This document shows, piece by piece, positions 21,410-35,294 of a DNA stretch of 64,000 bases (the stretch's first letter is position 1; each line of letters opens with the position of its first letter). The stretch lies in contig JBHGNT010000003.1 in assembly GCA_043228905.1 (NCBI GenBank), forward strand, positions 20,460,001 to 20,524,000. The letters run 5' to 3'. The notes beneath the pieces were generated by a model, which did no database searches, was not told the origin of the DNA, and saw only the letters and a list, made by a program, of their open reading frames with translations. The position numbers and the translations under genes are program-made. Source of the stretch: Azolla caroliniana (taxonomy: Eukaryota > Plantae > Polypodiophyta).

Positions 21410-24400
21410 ATGACAGATCTTCTGGAAGATGGATCAACTGGTGGTGAATCATGGCAAGGTAAAGCTTTCGAGGAACCCGAACACTCTTGCTGTGAATGGT
21501 ACTTCGCAAGAGAATACATCGAAAGCTCATCGCCTTCTCGTCAGGATGGCATTGATGCCGCGAAGGAGGCATACCTTCGCAAGTCATATTGTACCTTTCT
21601 CCAAGACCTGGGAATGCGCCTCAAAGTGTATGCCTCTTTCTTGTTGAAACTTTTATACAGTACAGTTGTGGAAAGGAGCTTTCTGTTTTCTTTCTTTTTG
21701 AATCTTTATATATTATTGTGGTGTAGAGAACTTTCTCCTTTCTTGTCTTGTTTAATCGTTATAGTTCTGGAATGACCTTTGTATGGTCTATATAGATGGA
21801 TTATGGTTTAGAATTGAGATGATTCTATGTACTGGCCTACTGAGTTAGCACATCCTTTCTAGTGCTCCCAAAACTGTATATACCCAGGTAAATCTGGCCT
21901 CGGCAGTATCCCTCATAGAAAATTTGAGCCCAATAAAAACTAATCCAAGGTAGGTCAAAGACTAATATACTCCACTATGGCCTGTCATATGTGAAAACGG
22001 GTGCGGGTGCTGATTTCTGATATATTGTGATGTAGTTAAACACCATACCCAAGGTTAACTGATTGGTCACTCTCACATGCATAAGCATGCAATGCATCGA
22101 GATGTCTTTGCGTGCCATTGGCAGAAGAGGATGCAATGAAAATAAATATCATTATGTACATTTCAGCTGCTAAACGTATGGAGAATGGAGGGGAATTTAA
22201 AATAGAGATTCCTCAGCTGAGATAAAGAATTTTAGGAGTTTCCTAGAGATGGAAATATCATTCTTATTGGTGGCTATTGATGCATTGACTTCTCAAATAT
22301 CAGACTTCACACATATTATAGAGTATTTTTTTGCTCTCCACATTTGCATGCAAATAATTCAACTAGAATGATGTCTCTTGTGCTTGCAGACTAAAAAATG
22401 TCATCGTAAAGTGGTACTAGGGTGATTTCCCATCAAGTGCTAACCTTGAGTATGCAGATGTAAAGCAGCAAACTATGAGATATATGTGTGCGGGTGCGCA
22501 TGTGAGGCCCTGCCTGCATATTCATATCCACTTATAGTGTGCATTCACAGCTTTATATACTACCTAAAATTTCTTTTGCAATTTTCTCTATACAATGTAG
22601 CTATTCCACTCGATCTTCTAGTGGCATTTGCAATGTATGGATGAGGTCGTCAAGACATAAGACTCCCAATACCATTTGAAGTCTGTTGCCTATACATTCG
22701 GAAGTCTCAGTTTACATGTCAATGCCCCATGCCCTTATTTCTGAAGGTATCCTCAAAGTATCCTGCATCGGTTTCAAGGTATTCCTTCTTATCGTAAAGG
22801 CTCATAGGCCATGGCCTGTCATGGAAGCCTTCTCTCTGTTATAATCAGTTTTTTGTCTCGATAGATTGCCTGCCTTTCCTCATTCCTTACATCAAGCATG
22901 TAAGGCATCTGCTCTTTACCTTGAGCCCCTTCTGCTGGTGTAATATCCTCATCATACCATGTTTTTTCTTCTTTTAGGGCCTTTCTCTTAGAAAAGCTCA
23001 TTTTTACATGTCCTCCAAACTGTAAGATGACATCTTTCTCAACTCTCTATACTGACATAATGGGGATTTCTGAGGCCCTTAATTCTGATCCCAATGTCTT
23101 TGCATCCTTGTGGGGTCACATTTTTCTGCCACCCACTACCTCTCAAACGAAGGCACCTGGTTTCCTTTTTACTCTTCTTCTAATAATGCATCCATCTCTT
23201 ACTCGTTTGTGCTCTACAGCTACTTCTAACCAAGGTGCAGTTGGTTTATTCTTTTGTACAATCTCGCATGACATTCATTGTAGTTATTTCAACACAATTT
23301 GATTGCATTTAAGCTTGTGAGACTTCAACCGTATCCTATTGATCTTCACTATAGATTGATTGATTTTAGCTCTTAAGGTTTCTTGTACTTCTCTCTTGGG
23401 GAGGCTGCACACATTAGTTCTTTTCTTTTCTGATCCCCTTTCCATTGCCTTTCTTCTTTCAAGTCATGCTATATATCAAAGCCCATGCGATCAATCTTTC
23501 TATCAATAATTTCTCTTAGTGCATATCTTTACTTTGTTTGAATCTAATTCTAAATGCATTTTTGATACCTTTTGTGCTCTTTGAGCAAGCGTAGGGATAT
23601 TAGGCTATCAGAGATTAATGCCACAAAGATCATGGCCATGGAGATTAATGCATAGGAAAGAAGTTTGTTCGTAGATATGAGAGTGTTGTGCTTTTCCAGA
23701 AAGAACTACAGTGTAGGATCAAAGCAACCTTAAAAAGATTCAAACCCTTGGTATGTTTCTTTGTATGCAATTCAACCGCAAAGAGTAGCCCATCTTACTG
23801 TATACATCTTTCGACTATGTGGAGTTAGATATACTGTAGATGCATGGGAGATAGGACAAAATGCTGGGCAGGCTTCTCTTGAATCACCACGAGAGGATAT
23901 CATACTTTATTCTACATTAGTCTGCATTCTTCTTAGGGGAGGTATCAATGATGAAACCTTTATTGTGACATGCGACATGGAGCACTCCAAGTTATCAACA
24001 CAAGGTCTCTAGAGATTCAGGGACAGATAAGGCATGATATCAATCTCATCTCTTTGAACTTGCTAGCCGACATCACCATTCTTGGTGTCTACTATCTATA
24101 AAGGAATGGCTCCATAACTTGACTTGGGAGGCTTGATTTACTTCAAGTCAGTTGGAAAAGTTAATATATGTTGGACAACCAATGCAATCAAAGTGATAAT
24201 CATGGATGAGAAGTGAAACTAATGTTACCTAATGCCACAGTAACTCAAGCCTTGCATTATAGAGTAGAAGTGTAGGGAGGTATTGTCCCCCTTAATGCAT
24301 GCAACGAGATTGAAAAGATTGAAAAGATGTTTTTAAGGAGACAATTGCGAATTAATTCCACCACCTCTTACTAGGGTATGTTCTTTGAAACATGTGTTCG

Positions 24401-25437
24401 ATCAATAGAGATATTGGCATTATTATGAGTAACAATATATATATTCAAAAGTTAAGAATATGCCAAATCATAGATTACCACTTGTTGCTTGGAATGCTGG
24501 ATGTAAACTATGAAAGAATCACAATAGCAAAATTCTCTCCTCTCGTTGGGTAGGTGACATAAAAAAGTGGTTCAAAAGATGGGGTGCGGAAGATCTCTTA
24601 GAGCTTGTAAGTGGTGTTATGCAATTTATAGTTATCAAGAAAAGGTTAATGAAACCGATAAAGAAGAAGTGGGAAGATGCTGAAAGGACAAAATTAGAAT
24701 ATCACACTGCAAACATCAGTCCTGAATGTTGGGTTCATATATAAGGTAGGAACGCCTTACTAACATGAGTATAAACTCTCATAGAGCCCTCACACTCCTT
24801 AGCATTCAATCCCACAAGCTAAATTGCGTTATAACATCAAAATGCGTGAAATATAAAGCATGTAAGATATGCAAGGAAAGGCTAGTAGAGGATAAATATC
24901 ACTTGCTTTTAACATGGTCAACATATAGAGTAATTTGTAAAAACTATGACAATATATTAGGAGGTGGTGATGAATTGAGTGGCACACCAAAGAGAAGACC
25001 TAAAAGGTTGAGCTCATATATGGATGCCTTATTTACACATTGAGACTTAATGCTTTGAAGTATGAATATCAAGGGAACTTGTATACTCAGATCCCATGGG
25101 TTAATATTGGCCTCTCTATTGACGCCAAAAGATATCCATCTATCTCAAATGCAAAATAAGCTTTTATTCCTGCTTCCAAGTGGGAAGTTGCGCATTTATT
25201 CCATCTACAATTGGCGTGATAGAAAGGACGATATATTAACATCTACTAGAGGCCAAAATTGGTAGAATGATTATTATCTTAATGCATGATGTGCAATGAT
25301 TATTGTTATATATACATATATATGTATACGATTGGAGTGAAAGAAAGGAAGATATATTAACATCTACTAGAAACCAAAATTGGTAGAATTATTATTATCT
25401 TAATGCATGATGTGCAATGATTATTGCTATATATACA

Positions 25438-25498
<61 letters not shown>

Positions 25499-28156
25499 AG
25501 ATCGAGATCAAATTCAGGCCACAAGTGACAATAGCTACAGCGATAATGTTTTGTCATCGGTTTTTTCTACGGAAATCACATGCCAAGAATGACAGATATG
25601 TAAGTTCATGTTCCTAAAGCTTTAATCTTCATTTTTTTGTTTTTTTATAATTAAAGATGTCATGACAATATGATTTCCCTATGTAATAAATATGCATCTT
25701 GAATGGCTCTTTTATGGTTAAAAGTGTGTTTGAAGCATTCTTTTTACTAGACAGGGGATTTAGTAGATTTATTGGGAAATGGAACAGATTGATGGATTTG
25801 TTCATTCCCATTTTCAGTAAGTCATGGTATTCATAATTACCATTGAAGCAAGTTAGTAACTCAAAATGTATCCTTTTTATCAATCAAAACAGTTGGTTAT
25901 TGAGGACACCATTGATTCAGATTTTTTAACATCGAAATGTCCATGATAATATTTACACAGATGGAATTTATAATAATGGGAAAATTCTGGTGCCATTCAG
26001 TTATTAGGTATAAGTTATAATGGTTTGAAATAAATAGGAATGCACACTATTCAATTTTCATTATTGCCACTGCATGACCAAGGTGATTTTAGTTGGTAGG
26101 AAACACAAAATGAATATGCGTAGGGAAACTAAAGTAATGAACTATTGCTAATTGAAATACTGATACCACTATTACTGTGATGAAAACTAAAACTCTAAAT
26201 TGCATTTGGACATCACTTTCTTTACGTTGTTTTATTCTCATCAAGACTGTAGATTGTAGGAGTACAATTAACTTATAACTCAGCATCATTCAAATTTTGA
26301 ATTTTACAAATATCTGAACAAAGTATTTTGTCATCCATGTTCTGAGCTGGCTACATTGAGGAGATAAGTAAGGCATGTTAGCCTTTTTTTCTATGGATGA
26401 CTATTCTTCTCATTCTTTGATTGCAATGTCCTTAGGTCTCAACACAACCCATTCTGGTACCTAAAGCTGGTGCTCTTCTATTTTGCAAACCATATTTTTT
26501 ACCAATATTATATATTAACAACTTAACAAACTTGACTCCATTTAGAAAGTGTCTTCGTGGGATGCCAACAATGACCATCATGAGAATGGCCGTTGGACAG
26601 AAGTCATTATTTTCATATACTGGGCTCAGGGACTACCCTTGTATTGGGGTTTAATAAGTTGAAATGTATGAAACGTTAATGGAACATGATATTTAGAGAT
26701 TCGTAAACTATTGCTGTTAGAAAAAACTCATCGATCACTATTGCATTGGGTCTCAAGTGGAAGTAGTTGCCTGCAGGTGATTGCAACTGTTTGTATGTTC
26801 TTGGCTGGAAAAGTTGAAGAGACTCCAAAACTGCTTCAAAATGTAATCTGTGTTGCATATGAAATAAGACACAGAAAAGACCCAGCAGCAGTTCAACGAA
26901 TTAAGATGAAGGTGAGTAGAGAAAGCAATTTTGTTCTTTTTTGGCCATCATGAAGACATCTATTATCTTTTACCAGGAAGTTCTGGAGCAAGAGAAAGAG
27001 CTTGCACTTTTAGCAGAATATCTTGTTCTTTCCACTTTGGAGTTTGATCTAAATATCCATCATCCGTATAAACCTCTTGTTGCTGCTATTAAGAAGTTCA
27101 AAGTTGCCCAACATGCCCTTGCTCAAGTTGCTTGGAATTTTATTAATGATGGGTATGGTTTAATATTGTACAGTCAACATTTCAACGCTTTTATTTGCTA
27201 GGACAGCAGTCAACTCAGCTATGAATATTTCAGGTTGCGCACGTCACTTTGCTTACAATTTAAAGCTCATCAGATTGCTGCGGGGGCGATCTTTCTTGCT
27301 GCGAAGTTTTTAAAAGTGAAACTACCTTCCATTGGTAAAAAACCTTGGTGGCAAGAGTTTGATGTTACTCCTAGACAGCTAGAAGGTGAAGACAATGGTT
27401 TACATGATATATTCCAGTATTATGCGTTCTGTGTAAGGCTTTTTAGAAAATGTTGGGTTTCCTTTATTTCTTACAGATGTAAGCAACCAAATGCTTGAAT
27501 TATATGAACAAAATAGGGAGATTCCTGCTACTCGCCCTGCTGGCTCTATGAATCATGATAAAAAGGCTGTAAATGCTCTACCACCTGGTACACCACAGGT
27601 TGTGGAGAAGAGATCAACTGTTGATGTGAAGCCAAAAACAGCGGTAGAGTCAAGCCAGCGGCCATATAACCAGGGAGAAGCTAAGGCATCTTCTGCTGAG
27701 TTGGAGCAAGTAAATATAGAAAAGCTCAAAACTGCAGTAGAGAAGAGAAGAAAGCTAAAAGCAGAAGGTGGAGGAGTGACCAAGTCCAAACTAGAGCTGA
27801 CTGATGAAGAGGAACTGCTTGAAAGGGAGATGGAAAATGGGCGCAAAGATGGTTATCCAGAGAATGCTTCTCATGGACATGTACATAAGAATACAGATCA
27901 CTATGCTCATTTTTCTAACACAGAAGGTGGTGGATCGTTAAATGTCGTTTCTTATACAGACATGGATGAAGATTTAGAAATTGATCATGTTGAAAGCTCT
28001 TCAGAGAATAAGTCACGACATTCACATGTGAAGGATTATCATCACACATCTCGAACTCAACGAATGGATAAACTTGATTATCACCATCGGCGCCCAAAAT
28101 GCAGAGACATGCAGGAAAGAGAACATAAAAGGTCTCGTCATGAGCAAGTCAATTAA
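21410..28156 (+). CDS. CYCT1: Cyclin T1-like (P-TEFb cyclin), ~480 aa; exons 21410-21627, 25518-25599, 26777-26911, 26977-27152, 27234-27385, 27477-28156
   Basis: [40 protein letters not shown]|[27 protein letters not shown]|[17 protein letters not shown]...HPYKPLV...[11 protein letters not shown]|LRTSLCLQF; GT-AG sites; exon lengths sum to 1443 nt in frame. Confidence 0.93.
23600..25140 (+). mobile_element. Degenerate non-LTR retrotransposon 3' region in cyclin T intron 1
   Basis: C-terminal [13 protein letters not shown]...[22 protein letters not shown] (CCHC-type) and upstream LHYRVEV*G remnant; homologous to 45978-46361 + 51738-52950; left boundary approximate. Confidence 0.7.
25215..25441. 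repeat. Tandem duplication (~120-bp unit) followed by a (GA)n tract (25442-25496)
   Basis: agaaagga.gatatattaacatctactaga..ccaaaattggtagaat...tatatatacatat twice. Confidence 0.85.
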
Positions 28157-29785
28157 TTGTGTTGTTGCATTATAATACAAATCGAGTTATGCTGGATTTC
28201 ATAGCATATGCAACATACTACACTGCAAAGCCACAAATGAGGACGATAGAATTTCTTATGCAATCACCAGGGAACAGTTTTTGGGGATAGTATATATGAT
28301 AATATTGGGTCTCTCTATTAGCTATCAGACAGTGCTGTAATAAGGTTTTGGGGGGTATAAGTAGGTGAACCTAATCTTGTATCATGAGTTATTTTGGAGA
28401 GATCTGTTCAAAAGCCACTGAAAGTGCGTTAATAACTTGTCCTTTATGGTCTCATGCCTTAAGGGTGGAACTGCATGGATCATATTCGTATAGAATAGTG
28501 AGGACACTCCAATCGAAATATTGGATGAGTACATGTGGTAATGGTGATGATGAGTCTTATTTTTCATACCAAGTATTCTGAGCCTATAAAAGATTTCTTC
28601 TGACCTTTGTGCTGTTACAATTCTGGCAATCACTTACACACATTGGTTGAATGGGAATGAGAAATTTCCAAGTAGCTTTGTGTAACATGTAAGTTCAACA
28701 ATTATGTAAAAAACATTTTGAAACTGTAAAGATGCTCGTTGGATAGAAATATATTTTCATTTGTTTGTCTTTGGTATTTTGGGTTATGGATGGTTGATTT
28801 GCTAAGAAATGATAAAATATGCCTGCTCTTGTTCTAGCCCTATATTTAAGGCTGGCTGGTTCCCCCATGCCTTTCATATGATCTTGGAAAATGGAGATGT
28901 AAGCATTATTGAAAATTGGCTTTGATATATCTGTTGCATTGCAAATGTGAGATGTGCCAAATTGAACGAAATGTTGATGTGCCCTTTCAAACGCGTGTTA
29001 CAACTTTTCTTTCTAGTTTTTGTGCACAACAAGACACTCTTCACACATGTATATAGAGATCCATATAGACATTGAAGCTTTGATTAATTACAATATAGCT
29101 CAAATTCACATAATGTCATTTCAAGAACACAAGTTCACACAAGGTGACAAAGTGCATCTTAGTTTGTAGGTACTTAATGTGCATATTGTTTAGTATTATA
29201 GTTATAAATGTGGGTCTTATTTTTTGTGCTTGCTCTACATCCTAATCATGGTATGTGACCATTTAGTTTGACATCACAATACCATCTTTCTCTCTTTCTC
29301 AAGATCATAGAGACTATAAGCCGTTAACTTGATGTTGTATCTTACAAAGATGCCCTTCTTGGTATTCGCGTCTAATTGTTTCCTATGCTTATTAAGTACA
29401 TGCACACAATGATATGTAAAATTGGACCTTCACAAATGAGTTTGCATGAGTAAGTAATAATGAAGACAATAGTGAGCAAGATCAATAAAGAGATGTTTGC
29501 TTCCAAAAGTTGTGCCTTCTTTATAAGACAATGCACCCAATAATATGTACAACTGAACCTTCATAGATGAGTTTGCATGACTAATTAATAATGAAGACAA
29601 TAGAAAACAAGATCAATATAGAGAATTTGTTCCCTTCCAAAAGTTGTGCCTTCTTTTCTATAGTGCGAATCATTAGTGCACTTCATTTTGAAAAAAATTG
29701 GTTCAAAAGGTCTTGATGTTACAAGCATGACCATAACTTATCCCATGGTAAGTTGTACCATTGGATTCTACACATGAGAATAACA

Positions 29786-30171
29786 TGTTAGGGTTAATCG
29801 AGAGGGTAAAGAAGGGAGGATTACTTTTAATCTTAGGAATTGAGACAACCCATAAGGGCCAAATGTAAACTTGCTTGTGGGCCTTAGGTTTAGCTATAAA
29901 TACAAGGCCTAGCTACCCTCATTTAGGAGATAATCCGACTACGTCAAGATTGTGATCTTATGGTGAAAAGATACTAGTAGCAAGCGCACCAAAACCAACT
30001 ATGACTCAATGTTATGGCACTAATATGGGACATGGATCAAGGCTCGAGTCCGTCTCGATCCATTCGCTCAAGGGTGGCCGGGTAGATTGACACCCTTCTT
30101 TCTTTCTATTTTTCTTTACTATCAATCATTTATTCCTTATTTCATGCTTACATTAGAAATAATCTCTAACA
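29786..30171 (+). mobile_element. Possible solo LTR
   Basis: Inverted ends TGTTAG...CTAACA, internal CTATAAATA; flanks TAACA/CTTCA do not form a TSD. Confidence 0.4.
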
Positions 30172-31321
30172 CTTCAAGAAGTTAATAAGAATGCCTTGTC
30201 AATGTTGAAATTACCAACGTGTCATTTAGAATGTAAAGAAAAGAAAATTTACAACATGTATTGCATCGCACCTCAATAAAACATTGTATCCTATTTAGAC
30301 ATGCATCATCCCACGTTCATAGAGAAAAGAAAGTGAATAGCTCAAAAACTTCACAGTTTATAGGGAAGCATTCTCGAGGGATATCGATGGTGATTGAAAG
30401 TGAGACCAAACGGCAGTTTAAAAATATATACATATATATAAAAGAACATCATACATCTGCAATGAAAGCAACCCATGGATATTATATTCATTCTGGGTAA
30501 AATCATGGATGACGATTTCCAAAGAAAAACTTAGACACATTGTATGGCATTGCAAAAGAATACAACACTTAAAAGGCTGAATGGAAAGCCATATGTTGAT
30601 TAACTGCAGCACCCCATAGACAAAGGGGTTCTATGTTACAAATGGATATACTGCGAATCAAGCATGTCTCAAATTGACAATACGATCCCCAATCTCAAAT
30701 TTGTAATGCATAAAATTCATTTACTAGCTTATTTACTACTTTCGGTAAATCGGCCTTCCTTTCTCTTTCTAGAAAATAGAAAAATATTTGCATGTTCTAG
30801 TTATTCCTGCATAGAGCTCTCCATAACAAAACATACTCTCATTCCATCTTTCACTCTCTTGAAAATAGAAATATGTTTACATGTTCTAGTTACTCCTGCA
30901 CTGTTCTTTTCTCCATACACAAATTCTACTCAAATTCTTCATTACTACTTACTCAAATTCTATCTTCAACTCTCTCTAGAAAATAGTTCGCATATTCTAG
31001 TTTTCTTGCATAGTGGTCTCTGTATACAAATTCAACATTAACTTCTTCACTAATTATTCTAATTCCATCTTGCATTCTCTCTAGTAGGCGTTAATATCTT
31101 TAGAGCCATGATTCATGAATCATATTTCATAGGTAGTGCATCACATCTGGTTTGTAATACAAATATGGTGGTACTCATGGGTTACTTATTCAGATTAATT
31201 ATAATACATATACCTTACATCTTAAACAAAGAAAAAAAAACTTGTAACCTCAAGAATGCAGGAAATTTCTGTAATTTGAATGATTTATATTTCAGATTAT
31301 TTATAAAGATTGCATAAATAC

Positions 31322-32523
31322 CTACAGCTTGGAGAAGCTAGGCTTCCTTTTCTGCATTGATGCATCCATGGCTTTCTTCAAGTCATTTGAGTCAAGCATG
31401 GCTGAGTTCCAAGTAGCAACATAGTCAAGTCCATCATGAATACTTAAATCCCGTGATTTAATTAGTACTTTCTTGATTCCAACAACAGTTAAAGGCGACT
31501 TGGATGCAATGTTTCCTGCGAGGGAAATCACGTATTCTTCCATGGCTTCTTTTGAGGTGAAGACATTGTTAACAAGACCTATACTCTTCGCCTCTATCGC
31601 TGAAACTTTGCGCCCTGTGAGAGCTAATTCCATGGTGTTTCCATAGCCAACAATGAAAGGCAACCTTTGAAGTGTTCCAAGGTCAGCAACTATGGCTAGG
31701 TCTACTTCCTTCACAGAAAAATATGCGTCCATGCTACAGTACCTGACGTCAACAAGCATATATAAAGAAGATAAAGGTCCCATTTCTAACTTTTTACTTT
31801 ACAAGAAATAATAGACCAGCTTGTTGAAGGGAATATTTTCCCTCATAAAACCATTGAGGTTTTCGTCAAGCCAAACAAGTTATGACCCCAGTTTTGACTT
31901 AAAAACAGGATATCTTCTTCAACAGAAAGGTCTAGTTTTTCTTCACCAATGAGGAACATTTAGTTTTCCCTTCGAGATTAGAAATAATTAGCATTTATTC
32001 AACATAGAGATTTAGTTTTTTCTGCAACACGATAATTAGGGTTTCTTTGACGGAAAGAAGAAATGATTCCATAAATATCTCACCTGAGGTCACAAGCAGC
32101 GATCAAATCAACACCAGCTCCAATACAAGCTCCATGAATGGCTGCAATCACAGGTTTTCTGCAAGACTCTATGGAAGAAAAAGATTCCTGCAAATTCTTA
32201 ATGAAACGCAGATTTTTCTCTCTATACGTCGCACCACCCCTAAGATCAACTTGATCTTTTCCTTTTTCTTTTTCTCCATAGCCAGGGTTTTGCTGGGAAA
32301 GGAGGAGGGACAGGTCGATTCCTGCGCAGAAGTTCTTACCCGAAGCACTGAGAATGATAACACGGACATCTGTGCAAGAGTCGAGGTAAGAGATGGCGAG
32401 AGGTAGTTCTGAGAAGAGGGATGGATCGAATGCGTTGGAGCGAAGGGGACGATGGAGAGATAGCTTGGCGACGCCTTGGTCTGGTCCTTCGAGCTTCAAG
32501 CTGCGCCATTGCTGCTGCTCCAT
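31322..32523 (-). CDS. DCI1: Peroxisomal delta(3,5)-delta(2,4)-dienoyl-CoA isomerase (crotonase family), 286 aa; exons 32523-32084 and 31742-31322
   Basis: GKNFCAGIDL, CRKPVIAAIHGACIGAGVDLIAACDLR|YC, KEVDLAIVADLGTLQRLP, GLDYVATWNSAML; C-terminal SKL (PTS1); GT-AG intron, phases match. Confidence 0.93.
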
Positions 32524-33469
32524 CGCCTTCGTCCTCTTCGTTTCTTCGCTTTCTTTCTTTCTTCTTCATTGGCAATAGAAGAAAATCTCAGAGTTTTGCT
32601 TTTTTGTTATTTCTCAGAATGCCCTTTGGTTTTCATTATTTCCCTCAGATGCCCTTCTCCTACTCCACACACACAAATACATGCAAATATATATATATAA
32701 TGACACACATGAGAGGGGGATGAAAACACACACAAATACAAGCAAATTTCAAATAGATATATAATGACACACATGATAGGGGGATGAAAAATGCACTTTG
32801 TCCACCCTTCATTTCTCTCGAGGCAATGGGGCTCATGGCATGTTTGGAGGATGTGTTGAATGAATGCCTTCACATCTCATGCATAAGCACGAGCGCAACA
32901 CCATATTACATGATCGAAACGTAGTTTTGCTTTCATAGTTCTCGATTATGGAAATGTCGGGTGGTTGTCGTACGAGGACATCTCTATACATGTTTTTGAT
33001 TTGGCACTATATTCAAATCATGTGTCACCCTTGCCAACCAGTTTCTTAATATGAACTTAAGTGGCTGGTATGAACTTCCATAACATCAAAAAACTCACCT
33101 ATGTGACTCGTATATCTGTCTCGAGGAGGAGTGTACGTTTACTTCCTCTTATGACGATGATACATGTCCTGTGTGTGGCCCCGCTTCTTCCAATGCACAC
33201 AGAAGAGGTTTGGTTTCTTTGAGTCGTTGTCAAGAGCCTCATTGGATTGCTTATGTTTCACAATGAGCATGACATTCAACCTTTTGGCAAACTCGGGTTT
33301 ATTGTGGGCTTTCTTAGTTGCATTGAAATAAAATATGATATTTTAGATCACCTTTGAGGGAAATACCTTGATGGCAATTATTTCTCAAAATACTAGATGA
33401 AAGCCGGAACTGGTTTAGAGCTATTACTAGCATCCTACCCTCGAAAATGACTTTCACATTGCAAACGAT

Positions 33470-33630
33470 TTGCTCTGCCATAGTGGAAAGGTTTGTGTTC
33501 AAGATTTACCAAACGTGAAATATAAAATTCTTCATGAATGTCATGATGCATTGTCTTCTAGTCATCCTGGAATGCAATGCATAGTCATTCTCATCTCGAC
33601 TACCTTTTTTTGGCCTAAGATGTATTTGAC
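33470..33630 (+). mobile_element. Ty3/gypsy integrase zinc-binding (H2C2) fragment
   Basis: KILHECHDALSSSHPG...TFFWPKM. Confidence 0.65.
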
Positions 33631-34073
33631 AATCTATTCACCTTTCTTTTACTTTAATCCGGTCTACTAATTAGTAATAGACTCTCTAACATGAGTGGTT
33701 TGCATGTATGCAAAAACTCGCATTGAAAACTCTCCATTTGAGATAGACCATTTTCTAGGCATCGATGGTTCTCTTTAATGAAGAGTATGTCTTCTTTAAC
33801 CTCAACCTCTTCCGTTATTTGCGCACGTGTGTAGAGTGTTTCATTGTAGTTCCAATTTGCAATGTATAATTGTGAATGTGTTGCTTCAAAGCAACACATT
33901 TGATAGCGTTGTTATTGATAAAGACGAGACATTGTTGTAAAGAACCTTTTTGCCTTGCCTTTTATTGTTTTTGTAGTTGACCCGCACCTTTGTCAAGTTG
34001 TATTAGAGAGAGAGAGAGAGAGAGAATTAGAATTAGAATTAGAATTTTTATCGTCCATAAAGAGGCCAATTTT

Positions 34074-34127
<54 letters not shown>

Positions 34128-35294
34128 TAGGGTACATTGCTCGGTTACATATATTAGAGTGACTTCAAATGTTGGACATAAGATGATAATCTCATATTCT
34201 ATCCCATGTGGAAGTGCTTATCGAAAGGGCGATGGGTTATACCTTGGTAAAGACGTTATCTAGACATTGACACATTTCAGATGGGGGGACATGCTTTTCT
34301 TATGGTGGCGAGGATACAAAGCACATATTCCCTGTATGCTCAAAAGCCGCGAAACTTGATTGGGTTGTTAAACATCACCCAATTCTGGGCATCACCTATC
34401 TGGGAAAGCCTTGTCAAGCTAATCATGGGTTTCTGATCGGGGTGGTAAGAGAGAGGCAAGGGGGGGGGGGGGGGGGAGATATTGGCGGGGATGGGAGCCA
34501 TTATGGACACTCACTGGGTTTGGGGCAGTTATGGCGGTGGAGCCCATGTGATGCAATCTAGGGCCCCCCATTCTCCCTTCTCCAATGTGTGTTTTGTTAG
34601 TGTTGTCATTATTGCTATTATTTATGACAGTGATATATGTATCATAATGTATGTATACGTATGTATGTATGTATGTATGCATATGTATCATGTATGTATG
34701 TATATGTATCATGTATGTATGTATATGTATCATGTATGTATGTATGTATGTATGAATGAAGCTCTCTCCTAGGATCCATCATCACACTTTTTTATTTCTC
34801 TCCTTTTTTTCTTTTTGCCTTCTATGTTCTCTCTCTTTCATTCTTCTTCGGTCTCGTTGCGTTTTCTGCTCTGCTCTGCCCTGCCCTGCCCTGCCCTGCC
34901 CTACTGCCATTCCACCTGTCGAAAAATCAAAGGGAAGAAAGAAGAAGTTTTAGAAAAGAGAATAGAGATCCATTCTGCAGCAGAAGATTTTGGGGAAGGA
35001 CGAGGCGAGGAAGACGGAAACGGAGGGATTTTTCTGAAGAAAAAGAGGAAGATAGGTCCTTTTTCTACAAGATCAAAGGAAATCCTTTGTGACGAAGGAT
35101 TAAACGAATCGAATATCCGTTCTGCAGAAGAGAAAGGCGAAATCTTTTCTGAAGAATAAGAAAGAGGACAGATACTTTCTGCTGAAGAAGGGGAAAAAAA
35201 CATCGACAAACAGTTTTAACTTTGAAAGAGAGATATCTGAAAAAGGAAAAAGTAAATAAAGGAACACGAAGAAGAAAAAGATCTATCTTAAGGG

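Noticed and set aside
34815-35209. Short ORFs upstream of YKT6
   Set aside because: Purine-rich 5' UTR-type low-complexity sequence; no family resemblance
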